From Squalus acanthias (Eukaryota), in the NCBI GenBank assembly GCA_030390025.1, contig JASTWF010000360.1:310001-374000 (forward strand): a DNA stretch of 64,000 nucleotides, given 5' to 3'. Positions 43,656-56,705 of this stretch are shown here, piece after piece. Within the stretch, counting starts at the first letter, position 1. Every line of letters starts with the position of its first letter. Under the pieces are notes generated by a model. It ran no database searches, had not been told where the DNA came from, and saw only the letters and a list, made by a program, of their open reading frames with translations. A program made the translations under genes and the position numbers.

Positions 43656-45292
43656 TGTAAGGGGTTTCAAACGGTACTGGTGCGAGGTTAGGCCTTCGTT
43701 GCCTATACTATTGCTTGCTCTGGTCTCCGGCCAGCCTTTTTGCAATAAGCACCTGTGAGTGGTTCGACCCACTCGCCCTTATGGTTCTGACACCTGGACT
43801 TAGATGCAAGGAGCAGTAATGCAGGGAAAAACTCAAATAGACCCGGCTGAATAGCACGAAATGAAAATCTTTATTGCATGGCATCTAAAATCATGAAATT
43901 CATGTCATAGGCGCAAATCAAAGAGAGTACAAGTATACATACATTCATAAAGCTTGGTCTATGGAAATGGAGAACACACGGCACATCGTAAAAAGGGGAA
44001 CACATTATACCTTAACCTTATTAAAAACCACCCTCCCTTAATAATACCTAAACTACGTCTGGATTTGTAGGATCGGAAATCATGCTCACCACTCGTTTTA
44101 CTTCGGAGATTTTAAAGTGAGGCACTCAGCTCGTTTCGCTGCAGCGCCTGACTGTCACGTGTTTGGAAAGGTTTCTGCACCCCACTTGTTTACTTTCGCT
44201 GCTGCGACAAGCAGGCCAGACTCCCTGTTGTCATGAAGCAACCGATGGACTCAAACCGTCTTAGAATTCGAAGAAGGATCTTCCTGTGTTGCGGTACATG
44301 TGGAAGTCGGTAGAACTCAAAGGAAAGTTCTTTTAGTTATATTTTCGGGCGCGGTCGGGGTTTACTGACCGTGGCGGCACGTGGAATTTCTTCTCGTCTT
44401 CTTCTCTTCTCGTCTTCTCGGGCCTCCGGGTCCAGACACCGTTTACCGACACTCGGGATGGTGTGCCCTGTTACTTGCCCTTGTCGAGGCGGCTCGTTCC
44501 GATTGAGCTCCACCCAACACTCGAATAACCGACCAGTACGGCTAAGAGTCAAGAGTCAACAGAGTCCAGAGAATCAAACGACCAAAAGTCCAGCCCCAAG
44601 GAAAAGAGCTTCAGCCCGCGAATAAGAGGAATAAGAGAGATAAGAGAGCGATGGACATTTGTTCTCCATAGTTATACTGTTGTGTCCGCTTTATCTCCCG
44701 CTCAAATCTAAATGTTTATCCTTTGTGTGATTTTGGCGCTTAAAACTCCCAGCATGGGGCGATTATCTTCTTAACGGGTTTCGGTAGCACCTGAAACTGG
44801 CCAACTATCCGTTAATGTTTTCCCCATTGTAGAGCCAGCCAGGATGTGTATGAATCATCTCCTCGACTGGTTTTGGGGCCCCCCGAATACTTGCTTAATC
44901 ACCCGTCAATGTCTCTCTCATTGTTGAGCCGGGGGGGTATTTGTGTATTGATGTGTCTGGATGGGCCTTCGATTGCCCAGTTCAATGATCCTTACTGTGC
45001 GTAGGAAAACGATTCCAGCACTTATATCATTGCTATTGTTCACAATGCAAATGGGTTGCATCCTGTCTTTATCAATGTTTACCGAGTATGATCCACTCTC
45101 ATACTGAATGTATATTCGACGCCATCTTGTTTGCCCACTGTGTTTCTGGAAGCTTCTGCCACGTTGCGCGGCGGCCATTTTACAGGCTTCTGTGTCCTTT
45201 ATTATCAGGACAGCATTTCGTTTAATAAAACTGATCAATTGAATCTGCTTCTCTCATGTTATTTTGAATCGCGATAATTGCGAAACTCTACA
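43656..45292 (-). repeat. Outer provirus 5' LTR (1637 bp)
   Basis: Direct repeat of 18393-20030, flanked by TSD GGCT. Confidence 0.95.
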
Positions 45293-45486
45293 GGCTTGAC
45301 AGGGTAGATGCAGAGAGGATGTTTCCCCTCGTGGGGGAATCTAGAACTCGGGGACATAGTTTCAGAATAATTGGTCGCCCATTTAAAACATAAATGAGGA
45401 GGAATTTCTTCAGTCAGAGGGTCGTGAATCTTTGGAATTCTCTACCCCAGAGATCAGTGGAGGCTGGGTCATTGAATATATTTAAG

Positions 45487-46575
45487 CATAGAAGATAGGA
45501 GCAGGAGTAGGCCATTCGGCCCCTCGAGCCTGCTCCACCATTTAATGAGATCATGGCTGATCATCCAAATTCAGTACCCTGTACCTGCTTTCTCCCCATA
45601 TCCCTTGATCCCCTTAGCCTTAAGAAATGTATCTAACTCCTTCTTGAATATATTTAATGAATTGGACTCAACTGCCTTCTGTGGTAGAGAATTCCACAGG
45701 TTCACCACTCTCTGGGTGAAGAAATTCCTCCTCATCTCAGTCCTAAATGGCTTACCCCTTATCCTTAGACTGTGACCTCTGGTTCTGGACTCCCCCGCCA
45801 TCGGGAACATCCTTCCTGCATCTAGTCTGTCTAGTCCTGTTAGAATTTTATAAGTTTCAATGAGATCCCCTCTCATTCTTCTAAACTCTAGCAAATATAA
45901 GCCTAATCGACCCAATCTCTCTTCATACGTCATTCCTGCCATCCCAGGTATCAGTCTGGTAAATCTTCACTGCACTCCCTCCATGGCAAGAACTTCCTCA
46001 GATAAGGTGACCAAAATTGCACACAATACTCAAGATGTGGTCTCACCAAGGCCCTGTACAACTGCAGCAAGACATCCTTACTCGAATCCTCTCGCTATGA
46101 AAGCCAACATACCATTTGCCTTCTTAACTGCCTGCTGCACCTGCATGCTTACCTTCAGCGACTGGTGCACAAGGACACCCAGCTCTCGTTGCACTTCCCC
46201 TTTTCCCAATCTATTGCCGTTCAGATAATAATCTGTCTTCCTGTTTTTGCCACCAAAGTGGATAACCTCGCATTTATCCACATTATACTGCATCTGCCAT
46301 GCATCTGCCCAATCACCAAACCTGTCCAAATCATACTGGAGTTTCTCTGCATCCTCTTCACAGCACACACGCCCACCCAGCTTTGTGTCATCTGCAAACT
46401 TGGAGATATTACATCTAGTTCCCTCGTCTAGATCATTAATATATATTGTGAATAGCTAGGGTCCTAGCACCGATCCCTGCGGTACCCCACTAGTCACTGC
46501 CTGCCACTCGGAAAAAGACCCGTTTATTTCAACTCTTTGCTTCCTGTCTGCCAACCAGTTCTCTATCCAAATCAG
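45487..46575 (-). mobile_element. CR1 LINE 3' fragment
   Basis: WIENWLADRKQRV...GVPQGSVLGP...FADD...FFTQRVVNLWNSLP and 3' UTR. Confidence 0.9.
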
Positions 46576-46662
46576 TACCTTAAGGTGAAGATAGGTGAAG
46601 ACAGATTTTTGAATGATAAAGGAGTCAAGGGTGATGGGGAGCGGGCAGGAAAGTGGAGTTGA

Positions 46663-47088
46663 AAGAAAGAATTGCATTTATATCGCACCTTTCACGACCA
46701 CCGGACATCTCAAAGCACTTTACAGCCAATTTGGAGTGTAGTCACTGTTGTGATGCGGGAAACGCGGCAGCCAATTTGCGCACAGCAAGCTCCCACAAAC
46801 AGCAGTGTGAAAATGACCAGATAATCTGTTTCTGTTATGGTGGTTGAGGGAGAAACATTGGCCAGGACACCAAGGATAACTCCCCTGCTCATCTTCGAAA
46901 TAGTGCCATGGGATCTTTTACATCCACCTGAGTGAGCAGGCGAGGCCTCGGTTTAACGGCTCATCCGAAAGACTGCACTGGGAGTGTCAGCCTAGCTTTA
47001 TGTGCTCAAGTCCCTGGAGTGGGACTTGAACCACACAACCTTCTGACTCAGAGGCGAGTGTGCTACCCACTGAGCCACAGCTGACACA
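46663..47088 (-). mobile_element. SacSINE1-like DeuSINE
   Basis: tRNA head TGGCTCAGTGGGTAG...GGTTCAAGTCCC, Deu-like TTTCGGATGAG.CGTTAAACCGAGG and tail ending in TATAAATGCAA. Confidence 0.8.
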
Positions 47089-47395
47089 AGTCAGTTGAGG
47101 CTAAGACCAGATCAGCCATGATCTTATTGAGTGGCGGAGCAGGCTCGAGGGGCCAAATGGCCGACTCCTGCTCCTATTTCTTCTGTTCTTCGGATTTCCC
47201 TGGCGTCTCCAGAAATTGAAGATTAATCTCCATTGCGAATGGCTTCCCTCTCCTCAGGCACCGCCCCACTCCCCTTTAACACCGCCGTTATCACTCTCCT
47301 TCTCAAAAAAGGCCCACCATGTCCCTTCCAGGCTTGCCTCCTTCTGCCCTTGAGGATCAGCCAGTTTGTAGGAGGCTGTAGATAAATTCAGACCT

Positions 47396-47686
47396 AAGAG
47401 CATAAGAAATAGGTGCAGGAGTTGGACAACAAGCCCCTCGAGCCTGCTCCGCCATTCAATAAGATCATGGCTGATCTTCGACCTCAACTCCACTTTCCCG
47501 CCGTTATCCGCATATCCCTTGATTCCCCTAGAGTCCAAAAATCTGTCGCTCTCTGTCTTGAATATACTCAACGACTGAGCCTCCACAGCCCTCTGGGGTA
47601 GAGAATTCCAAAGATTCACCACCCTCTGGGTGAAGGAATTTCTCCTCATCTCAGTCCCCAATGGGCGACCCCCCTATCCTGAGACC
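47396..47686 (-). mobile_element. CR1 LINE 3' end
   Basis: EMRRNSFTQRVVNLWNSLPQRAVEA and 3' UTR. Confidence 0.85.
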
Positions 47687-47689
47687 AAG

Positions 47690-50600
47690 AGCGAGAAATT
47701 CATGTATTACCGTCACTCCGTAGCACCATGAAATGGCGATAAAATGGCGGCCGCCGCTCTTTAGCCAGCTGGTGGTGGGTCCCGTGGCGGCCGCCATATT
47801 GCTCTCCCCCTCTGTGCTGCCGGTAACTGGCAGCGCCCTGTAAAAGAAAATGGTGGCGTGGTGACGTCTATCGGCAAACAACGCCGACTTAACGTCATCA
47901 ACGCGAACTCCGACACTAGCGCTGAATTCAGCGCTGGGTCCTAAGCACGCCAGGTTAACCCAGCGCGCAAGCAGGCTGACACTGGCGATGTATGCAGCTC
48001 TTAAAGGGACACACACATCATTCAGGTATGTTTGGATTGAAGGGTTCACCCTTGATTTTTTAAATTTTATTGAAGTGGTGGCTTGCTGCAATAGATGTGA
48101 AAAGTTTTTATCAGTGTGCAGGGAGTGCTGCTGGACGCTTGCAAGGGCTCGGATGGTAAATGAAGGTCTCTGAGAAGACAGAACATGCTACGAATACTCA
48201 GCAGGTCAGGCAACATCCGTGGAGAGAGAAACAGAGTTCACGTCTCAGGTCGACATGCTGCCTGACCAACTGAGTATTTCCAGCATATTACGCTGTCGTT
48301 TCATATTTACAGCATCCGCTTGCAGAGGGAAGAGGACGACGCGGAAGAAGAAGACGCAGAAGAGGAGGAATCGGAAGGAAGGATGCATCCCAGATAGCCC
48401 CTTTGTGGCCGGGATATCCAGGGTGGAATCATCCGCCTGCGGTCCCACTGGCTGGGCAGGCTGCCTCTTCCTGTTGGCCAACTGGCTGGGCAGGCTGCAT
48501 TTCTTGGGTGTGTGAAATGAGGAAGGCACAAGGGTGGAGTTGTGCTGACGGGAGGGTGGGAAGGCAAGAGGTGCATGCCAGAAGGAGGATAACGTACGAG
48601 GATACCCGCATCTTGTATCCTTTCAGCCCAGCCACTGGCCAAGGGCTCAACCAAGCCCCTGCCAAGAATGGCCTGCACCGTCTCCTCCAAGGGGGTGAAG
48701 TGAGGCTAGGAATGGGAGATGTGCCTCGTGATTGGTGAAGATTGTTGGTAGGTGAGTGATTTGTGTTGTGTATTGAGCAGTGTGTGAGGCTAGTGGTGCT
48801 TTTTGAAGATGCATTCACTGACCTTGACCAGTGGTCTGAGGTCACGAAGCTTCTTTGGGCACTGGAGCCAGGTGGTAGATAGAATCATAGAAGAATCATA
48901 GAAAGTTACCGCACGGAAGGAGGCCATTTCGGCCCATCGTGTCCGCGCCGGCCAACAAAGAGCTATCCAGCCTAATCCCACTTCCCAGCTCTTGCTCCGT
49001 AGCCCTGCAGGTTAGAGCATCCCAAGGGCACATCCAAGTACTTTTTAAATTTGGTTAGGGTTCCTGCCTCTACCAGCCTTTCAGGCAGTGAGTTCCAGAC
49101 CTCCACAACCCTCTGGGTGAAGAAATTTCCCCTCAAATCCCCTCTAAACCTTCCCCCAATTACTTTAAATCTGTGCCCCCTGGTTTTTGACCCCTCTGCT
49201 AAGGGAAATAGGTCCTTTCTATCCACTCTATCGAGGCCCCTCATAATTTTATACACCTCAATAAGGTCTCCCCTCAGCCTCCTCTGTTCCAAGGAAAACA
49301 GACCCAGCCTATCCAGTCTTTCCTCATAGCTAAGATTCTCTACTCCCGGCAACATCCTTGTAAATCTCCTCTGTACCCTCTCGAGTGCAATCACATCTTC
49401 CCTGTAATGTGGTGACCAGAACTGCACGCAGTACTCTAGCCGAGGCCTAACTAGTGTTTTATACAGTTGAAGCATAATCCCCCTGCTCTTGTATTCTATG
49501 CCACGGCTAATAAAGGCAAGCATTCCGTATGCCTTCTTAGCCACCTTCTCTACTTGATTATTGCCCTGATGGCTACACAAGTGATTTAGAACGTGCCTTA
49601 CTAACCAAAGCCTGTGACCATAATTACCCGTTGATTATTAAAATAAATGAGATGTCCTGGGCTGCTGCTCATGTCAGGTTCGGGTTTAATAAGGTCAGGA
49701 GCATTATACCACGTAATGCACAATATTCTAAAGTGCAGCTGTGTCTAACAAGGTGCAATTGCTGTGCCCTCCTCAGATCAATTAGTGGATACAGGAGTTC
49801 TCCCCGGTGTCCTGGCCAATATTTATCCCTTACCCAACACCACCAAAGCATTATCTGGTCATTATCACATTGCTGTATGTGGGAGCTTGCTGTGCGCAAA
49901 TTGGCTGCCGCCTTTCCTACATTACAACAGTAACTACACTTCAAGAGTAGTGGTGGGGGCAACCCTGCTGTCAGTGACGGCCTGAGTGATGTACTCCCAC
50001 ATCGTTCTTTCTGGAGGGCCTCCTGGCCCCTGTGGGTAGAGGCTCCGCTCTTGCGGTGTTGACCCCCTGCACAAAACTGGAGTGCTGCGTGTGAGACCCT
50101 GGGTGCCCCTTCCCTGGCTTGCTGAGCCATTGGTGTGAGTGCTGAGGCAGTTTTCCCATTTGTTGAGGTTAGGAAGGTAATTCAGCTTGAACAGCTGAAT
50201 GTTTACATTTGGAACTTCTTTTAAATGTTGAATACTTCTTAAAAGGCAGAAAGGGCTGAAAAATGTATTGATTCACTGCATTTTATTTTGTACTGTTTCA
50301 GTGTGCATGGCCCCTTTAATTCTCAGGCCTCTTCATTGCCCACAATTCAATGCGAACGCCACAGCCTCACTCCCAGAGGCTGTGGGAAGCTGCAACGCCG
50401 GACCTGGACAGGAACTTTGTCCCGATCCCTCCAGCAACGCCACCAGGACAGCATTGCACGGAAGGTGAGTGCTGTGCCACCTATCTCCATGCACCCAGAC
50501 CAATTTCACTCGCTTAGCGTTGCGGCCATTTCCAGCGACCATTAACTGCAGTTGTCGGGGACACTGGCAGCTTTGCTGTCGAAGACTAATTTTTCCCCCC
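47690..50600 (-). mobile_element. Old Harbinger element with decayed Myb/SANT gene, split by later insertions
   Basis: Myb start MAQQAREGAPRVS (~50130), end TWLQCPKKLRDL..VK (~48820-48875), second exon LTPLEETVQAILG (~48700) and TIR-like AATTTTTCCCCCC (~50590). Contains inverted pLTR pieces (48170-48320) and a SINE fragment (~49795-49945). Confidence 0.55.
48882..49556 (-). mobile_element. CR1 LINE 3' fragment
   Basis: ORF 48972-49580 [21 protein letters not shown]...FFTQRVVEVWNSLP. Confidence 0.9.
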
Positions 50601-50654
50601 TATATCCCCAAGTTCTCGACTCTCCAGCCAGGGGAAATAGCCCCTCAGCATCTA

Positions 50655-51268
50655 CCCAGCAAGAATTTTATACGTTTCAATGAGATCACCTCCCATTCTT
50701 CTAAACTCCAGAGAATATCGACTCATTCTATTCAAACTCATCTCATAGGACAACCCTCTCATCCCAGGAATCAATCTACAAAACCTTTGTTGCACTCCCT
50801 TTATGGCAAGTATATCCTTCCTTAGGTAAGGAGACCAAAACTGTACACAATACTCCAGGTGTGGTCTCACCAGGGCTCTATATAATTGCAGTAAGACGTC
50901 TTTACTCTTATACTCAAATCCTCTTGTAATAAAGGCCAACATACCATTTGCTTTCCTAATTGCTTGCTGTACCTGCATGTTAAATTTCAGTGATTCATGT
51001 ACAAGGACACCCAGGTCTCTGAACACCAATATTTACTTGTCTCTCACCTTTAAAAAATATTCTGCTTTTTTCTATTCTTCCTACTAAAGTGGATAACTCC
51101 ACACTTCTCCGCATTATACTCCATTTGCCACCTTCTTTCCCACTCAGTTAACCTGTCTATATCCCTTTGCAGCCTCTTTGTGTCCTCCTCACAGCTTACT
51201 GTCCCACCTAGCTTTGTATCATCAGCAAACCTGGATACATTGCACTCAGTCCCTTCATCTAAGTCATT
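50655..51268 (-). mobile_element. CR1 LINE fragment (continues 52466-52505 past the Harbinger insertion)
   Basis: FADD region and [16 protein letters not shown]. Confidence 0.85.
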
Positions 51269-52462
51269 GGGCTGGATTTTGCCAGGCCCGAGGAGGCGGG
51301 TTTGGAGGCGTGTGAGGTGTTAAAATTGCAAAAAATGGCGGGCAGATCCGATCCCGCCTCCATCCCGCCTCTGAGCAATTTTCCCACATTCGCGGTTTCA
51401 GACCCTGTTTCCATCCCGCCTCCAAGAGGCGGGATAGGCCCTTAAGGCCCTTAACAACCAGTTAATTGCCTCTATAATCCCATTTTGAGAGGCCTTTCTG
51501 AATTTAACACATTTCTCCAGTGCTGCACGTCTCCTCTGGAACACGCCAGTTAATCCTGGTGGCCTCACAAGTGGATTGCTTACTAACAGCTGCAGCTCTA
51601 CCATTGAAAAAGAGTTTTCACCAATGATCATTTGCAGGTGGCAGAACTTTGTTGTCTCAGGTCTGGGGGAACTTTTAGCAGGCCTACTCATTGTTGTGGA
51701 AGTTTGGAGCCTGACACCCATCTCCAGCGTGACCTCCTGGGAAATCCCTCTCCCCACCTTGACTGAGCGCTTCCTCAACCCATCCTTTCCACGGAGGTTG
51801 CCATCCTTTCCGTGGTAATGGGTAAGAGTGCAGGGGTGTAAGGGTGAAGTGGGATGTGGAGGAGGAGGTTGACAAAGCAGAGTGCTGGTGATGAGAGGCG
51901 ATGGGGATCAGATTGAGGGTGATGGGAATGTAATACTCACTTTTCCTGTGCGGAGAAGGTCATGAAACCTCTTTCTGCACTGCAGCCAGGTTCTGCTGCA
52001 CATAGAAATAGCATTGACCTCCTGTGCCACTTGCAGCCAAACAGCTTTAGTCTGTTGTGGAGGCTTTTTCTTCCCTGAGGAAGGAAAGAGCACCGCCTTA
52101 TTTGCTCTTGCTCCCTCCACCAGAGCTTGGAGGGAGGCCTCATCGAATCTGGGTGCACACTTTGGTCTGGTGCTGAACATACTTGCAGAAGGAATCCCTC
52201 AGAAGAATGGTCATAAAGTTGTAAGGCTGAAAAAGAAGCAAGGCTGCTTGCAGGCCTTAAATCCAGCTGCATAGATGACGTCATCGGAGGCGAGTTTCAG
52301 TATGAAAAGGCTCATCGGGCCAGGGGTTCCCACAGGCTGGAAATCAAGTGCCCAATTCGGGGAAAATCGGCCAATTGTCACGAATCACATCGGAGGCGGG
52401 GTCGGGAACTGCCGATCACCTGACACGCCCCCAGCCCGCCCCCCATTGGCAAAATCCAGCCC
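51269..52462 (-). mobile_element. Non-autonomous Harbinger element with intact Myb/SANT exon (52180-51941)
   Basis: TIRs GGGCTGGATTTTGCCA / TGGCAAAATCCAGCCC, TSD ATT and ORF 51908-52180. Confidence 0.88.
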
Positions 52463-52517
52463 ATTGATGTAGATTGTGAATAGCTGAGGCCCAAGCACTG
52501 ATCCTTATAGAGTCTTA

Positions 52518-53951
52518 GGGGGCGATTTTCCCAGCCCCCAGGAGGCGGGTTTGGAGGTGGGACAGTTGGCAAAATGGCAAAAACTGAGGGCGGGTTCAGA
52601 ACCCGCCTCCAACCCGCCTCCGCGCAATTTTGCCGGAGGCGGGTTTGATGGGTGCGATTCGGTCCCGCCTCCATCAGTCGGGAGAGGTAGTTAAGATCCT
52701 TAAATAGTCGTTAAGGGCCTCTATAATCCTATTTTGACAGGCCCTCGTTATTTTACCACATTTTCAGCCTGTTGCACGACCCTCCTAAACCACGCCAGCT
52801 AATCCTGGCGGGTTGAAAGTGGGTGGCCTCCTCACAGCTGCAGCTCCACCATTGAAACGGAGCTTTCATCAGGGAGCAGTTGCAGGTGGCAGACTTTTTG
52901 TTCCACAGGTCTTTCAGCACTTTTAGCAGGCCGACCGAAGTCGGAGGTTCTGCAGCTTCTACCTCTCAACTGTGGGACCTCCTTGGAAGACCCTCTCCCC
53001 GCTTGGACTGAGCGCTTCCCCAACGGAGGTATCTGCCAGCAGCATGGGAACCATTTATTTCCTTTCATCGTGGACCTCAGGTGAGGATGAGGAACATCCA
53101 CGGCAGCAGCAGAGCCAGGCAGCTCAGCAGCAAAAGCAGCAGGAGCCCCAACCTCCTGCTCACCCACCTGATGCTGCACAGGGCAGAAGGCGCCAGCGCA
53201 TGGAAGCACCTCGTGCAAGGAATGCACTCATCCTGGCCAGATTTGCATAGGTTGCCCATTGTGACACATGTGCTTGGCTCCTTCTTAACGCATGATAGAC
53301 AATGGACAAGACTCTCTGGCCTCCTTTCACTCTGACCACCAACCTGACCACGCAAGTGTCGCGGAGACCGCAATGTGGAGCTGCCTAAGCCAAAATAACA
53401 GATGCCATCACACCAACAGTTTTGCCATCACCTAATTTTAATACATTCCCACAGGGATCGCATTTCTTCAATAAACAGAAACAATCACCCAATCTGCACA
53501 CAGATCTGGAGGTTATATCCCTTGCCAGCTGGACCCACACAGCCTTGGTTTCTTTGGGAGGCCTCTTCCTCCCAGATGAGGGGAAGAGTACCTCTCTGCT
53601 AGGTCTCACCCCCTCAACCAGCATACCCAGCGCCTCATTCGAGAACATCGGGGAGGCCCTTGCCTTGGAGCTGGCCATTCTTCAAGGAGATAACAGCTTG
53701 GAGATGGTGCAGCATCGAGCAAAAACCAGTGGAATGAGCCAAGGCAGCAAGCAGCCCTTAAATGAAGCTGGATAAGTGACGTCAGCAGAGGCGAGTTTCA
53801 GTCCCAAAAGACTAATTGGCCCAGGGGAACCCTCACCTCTGAAATCAACTGGCCAATTCGGGGAAAATAGCAAATTTTTCCCACCTCTCAGTGGAGGCGG
53901 GTTTGGAACCCACCCAAACTGAAACCTGCCTCCATTGGGAAAATCTCACCC
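52518..53951 (-). mobile_element. Related Harbinger deletion derivative (Myb N-terminus, possible transposase C-terminus)
   Basis: Imperfect TIRs GGGGGCGATTTTCCCA / TGGGAAAATCTCACCC. MASSKARASPMFSNEALGMLVEGV on minus; ...ARNALILARFA* on plus (53250). Confidence 0.7.
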
Positions 53952-56012
53952 ACAGAGTCATAACGGCACAGAAGGAGGCCATTCGGACCATCGAGTCCGT
54001 GCCGGCTCTCTGTAGAGCAATCCAGTCAGTCCCATTCCCCCGCTCTATCCCCATAGCCCTGCAAGTTTATTTCCCTTGTAAGGGTTTCTGACCGTCTCTC
54101 AGCCTGTGAGATTCGTGTGGCTCTGTGCAGCCTGGATGCTAGTGCGGGTTTAGGCCTTATTGCCTGTTCTGGTCTCCAGCCAGTCTGGGAGCACTAGACA
54201 CACCTGTGAGTGGTTCGACCCACTCGCCCTTACGGTTCTAGACACTGGACTTAGATGCGAGAGCAGTAATGGAGATGAAACTCAGGTAGACTCGGTTGAA
54301 TGGTACGAAATGGAAAATCTTTATTGCATAATACTTAAGATTACGAAATACATGTCATAAGCACAGATTCATGACAGTACAATCTTACACGCAGTTATGT
54401 AACTAATTTCAAGGAAACGAGGAACGAACGACACACCGTAAATGGGGGCACACATTACAATTATCCTTAATACTTGAAACCCTCCCCTATCAATATCTGT
54501 CCTAGCTAGATTCGTAGGATTCGAGACTCATGCTCACCACTCGTGATAACTCGGAGAATTCCGAAAACTCTGATCGGATGTTTTTCACCGCAGCACCCAC
54601 GTGTCGATCAGGGGGTCTCCTGGCCCCACTTGTTTACTCGTTCTGCTCCGGCTAGCAGGCTGGAACGTCTGCTGTCATGAAGATCTGTGTTGTCCTCGGA
54701 GTTCCAACTCTACTCAAAAAAGAGTCTTCCTGTGCCCTCGCACTGGTTCGATAAAACTCGAAGAAGAGTCTTCCTGTGTCAGTTCTGTAGAACTCAAAGA
54801 AGTCTTCCTGGCAAGGAAAATGTCTATTCGACCTACAGGCGCGGTCGGGGCTTACTGACCGTGGCGATAAGTATGGTCTTCTTCTCTTCTCATCTCATCT
54901 CATCTCGGGCCTTCGGTTCCGACACCGTTTACCGACTTATCGGAATGGTGCGCCCGCTTCAAGGCTTCAGAGCCCAGTTCTACACAGGTCTTCGCGACCC
55001 GACACGAGGTAGATCCGAGCGGATCATAAAGTTCAACAGTCTTTTGAAAAGAGACACGAGGCAAGCAGGAACAAGACGGCGAGTCAAGAGCACAGGAGCA
55101 GCCACGAGGATGAACACCAGCAAGATAAGAGGATAAGAGAGAGATGGACGGTTTGAGCTTGTAATTATAGTACAAAATCTTCCGTTTCCCGCCCAACCTT
55201 AATGTCTTTTCCTTTTGTTAGGGTTTGCCGCTCAAATGTCTTGTATAGGGTGATCTCCGTTTTTAATGGGTTTCGGGGCTACTCGTAAATGTCTGAGTAC
55301 CTGTTAATATTTCTCCCATTGTTTAATCGGTCGGTGTTCTCCCTGGAGGGGTTTTGGGGCTTCCAAGTGTTTTCTGTAACTACCCGCTAACGGCTCTCTC
55401 ATCGTAGAGTCGTTGGGATTTTACATATTAATGTCTTTGGATGGGTTCTTGATTACTTGGTACAATAGCTTTCATTCGTACCTGGGAGACCGATTTCAGT
55501 ATTTATGTGTATACTGTAAACCCATGATGTCTTGTGTATTATCTTCAATGTGCTGAGTCTTAATCGATCTTGCACAAATGTTTATTGGAACGCCATCTTG
55601 TCTGCCTGTTGAAAAGTCTAGAATGTTCCGCCACGAGGTGCGGCGGCCATTTTACAAGCTGCTTGTGTCCACTTTGAAACCTGACAGCATTCTGCTGAAA
55701 TAAAAGCTGTTTGAACGAAACTCTGTGCTTTTCTCCTTATTAATAAAATCGCGATATATTGCGAATTCTACACCCTCAAGTGCCTATCCAGTCTCCCCTT
55801 GAAAACATTGAGTGTCTCCGCTTCCACCACTTCCATCGGCAGCAAGTTCCAGGTCCTCACCACTCGCTGCGTAAATAGGTTTTTCCTCACATCCCCACTC
55901 TACCTCTTGCCCAAAACCTTCAATCTGTGTCCCCTAGTCCTTGTACCATCAACCAGTGGGAACAGCCTTTCCCCGTCTTGCCCATCCAAACCTGTCATAA
56001 TCTTGTACATCT
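53952..56012 (-). mobile_element. CR1 LINE 3' end split by the solo LTR
   Basis: MYKIMTGLD...RLFPLV..TRTRGHRLKV. Flanks rejoin as TTATTTCCCT|CAAGTGCC, like 5443-5458. Confidence 0.85.
54077..55772 (-). mobile_element. Solo LTR related to the inner provirus LTR (diverged subfamily)
   Basis: Reverse complement starts TGTAGAATTCGCAATAT and ends CCCTTACA. 4-bp TSD CCCT. Confidence 0.93.
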
Positions 56013-56705
56013 CAGTACTGAGGAAGCGCTGAGCTGTCGGAGGGGCAGTACTGAGGGAGAGCTGCACTGTCGGAGAGACAGTGCTGAGGGATCGCTGCAC
56101 TGTGTGAGGGGCAGTACAGAGGGAGAGCTGCACTGTCGGAGGGGCAGTACTGAGGGAGCGCAGCACTGTCAGAGGGGCAGTACTGAGGGAGCACTGCACT
56201 GTCGGAGGGGCAGTACTGAGGGAGCACTGCACTGTCGGAGGGGCAGTACTGAGGGAGCGCGGCACTGTCAGAGCGACAGTACTAAGGGAGCGCTGCCCTG
56301 TCGGAGGGGCAGTACTGATGGAGCGCTGCACTGTCAGAGCGACAGTACTAAGGGAGCACTGCACTGTCGGAGAAGCAGTACTAAGGGACTGCTGCACTGT
56401 CGGAGGGGCAGTACTGAGGGAGCGCTGCACTGTCGCAGGGGCAGTACTGAGGGAGCGCTGCACTGTCGGAGGGGCAGTACTGAGGGACTGCTGCACTGTC
56501 GGAGGGGCAGTACTGAGGCAGAGCTGCACTGTCGGAAGGACGGTACTGAGGGAGCGCCGCACTGTCGGAGGGGCAGTACTGAGGGAGCGCTGCACTGTCG
56601 GAGAGGCAGTACTGAGTGAGCGCTGCACTGTCGGAGGGGCAGTACTGAGGGAGCGCTGCACTGTCGGAGAGGCAGTACTGACGGAGCGCTGCACTGTCAG
56701 AGGTG
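56013..56705. repeat. 32-bp tandem array grown from a SacSINE1-like internal segment
   Basis: About 21 copies of CAGTACTGAGGGAGCGCTGCACTGTCGGAGGGG, running directly into the SINE body. Confidence 0.93.

Larger units (their letters stand above)
18393..45292 (-). mobile_element. Outer endogenous retrovirus-like provirus (defective; lokiretrovirus-like)
   Basis: Paired TG...CA LTRs, 4-bp TSD GGCT, PBS 43650-43633 and PPT next to 20031. gag-pol-env on minus has stops, frameshifts and four nested insertions. Confidence 0.95.

Noticed and set aside
54073..55776. Targeted integration of this ERV lineage into CR1 (three of four insertions)
   Set aside because: TSDs differ (GGCT, AATG, CCCT), positions within CR1 differ and CR1 is abundant here; the sample is too small.
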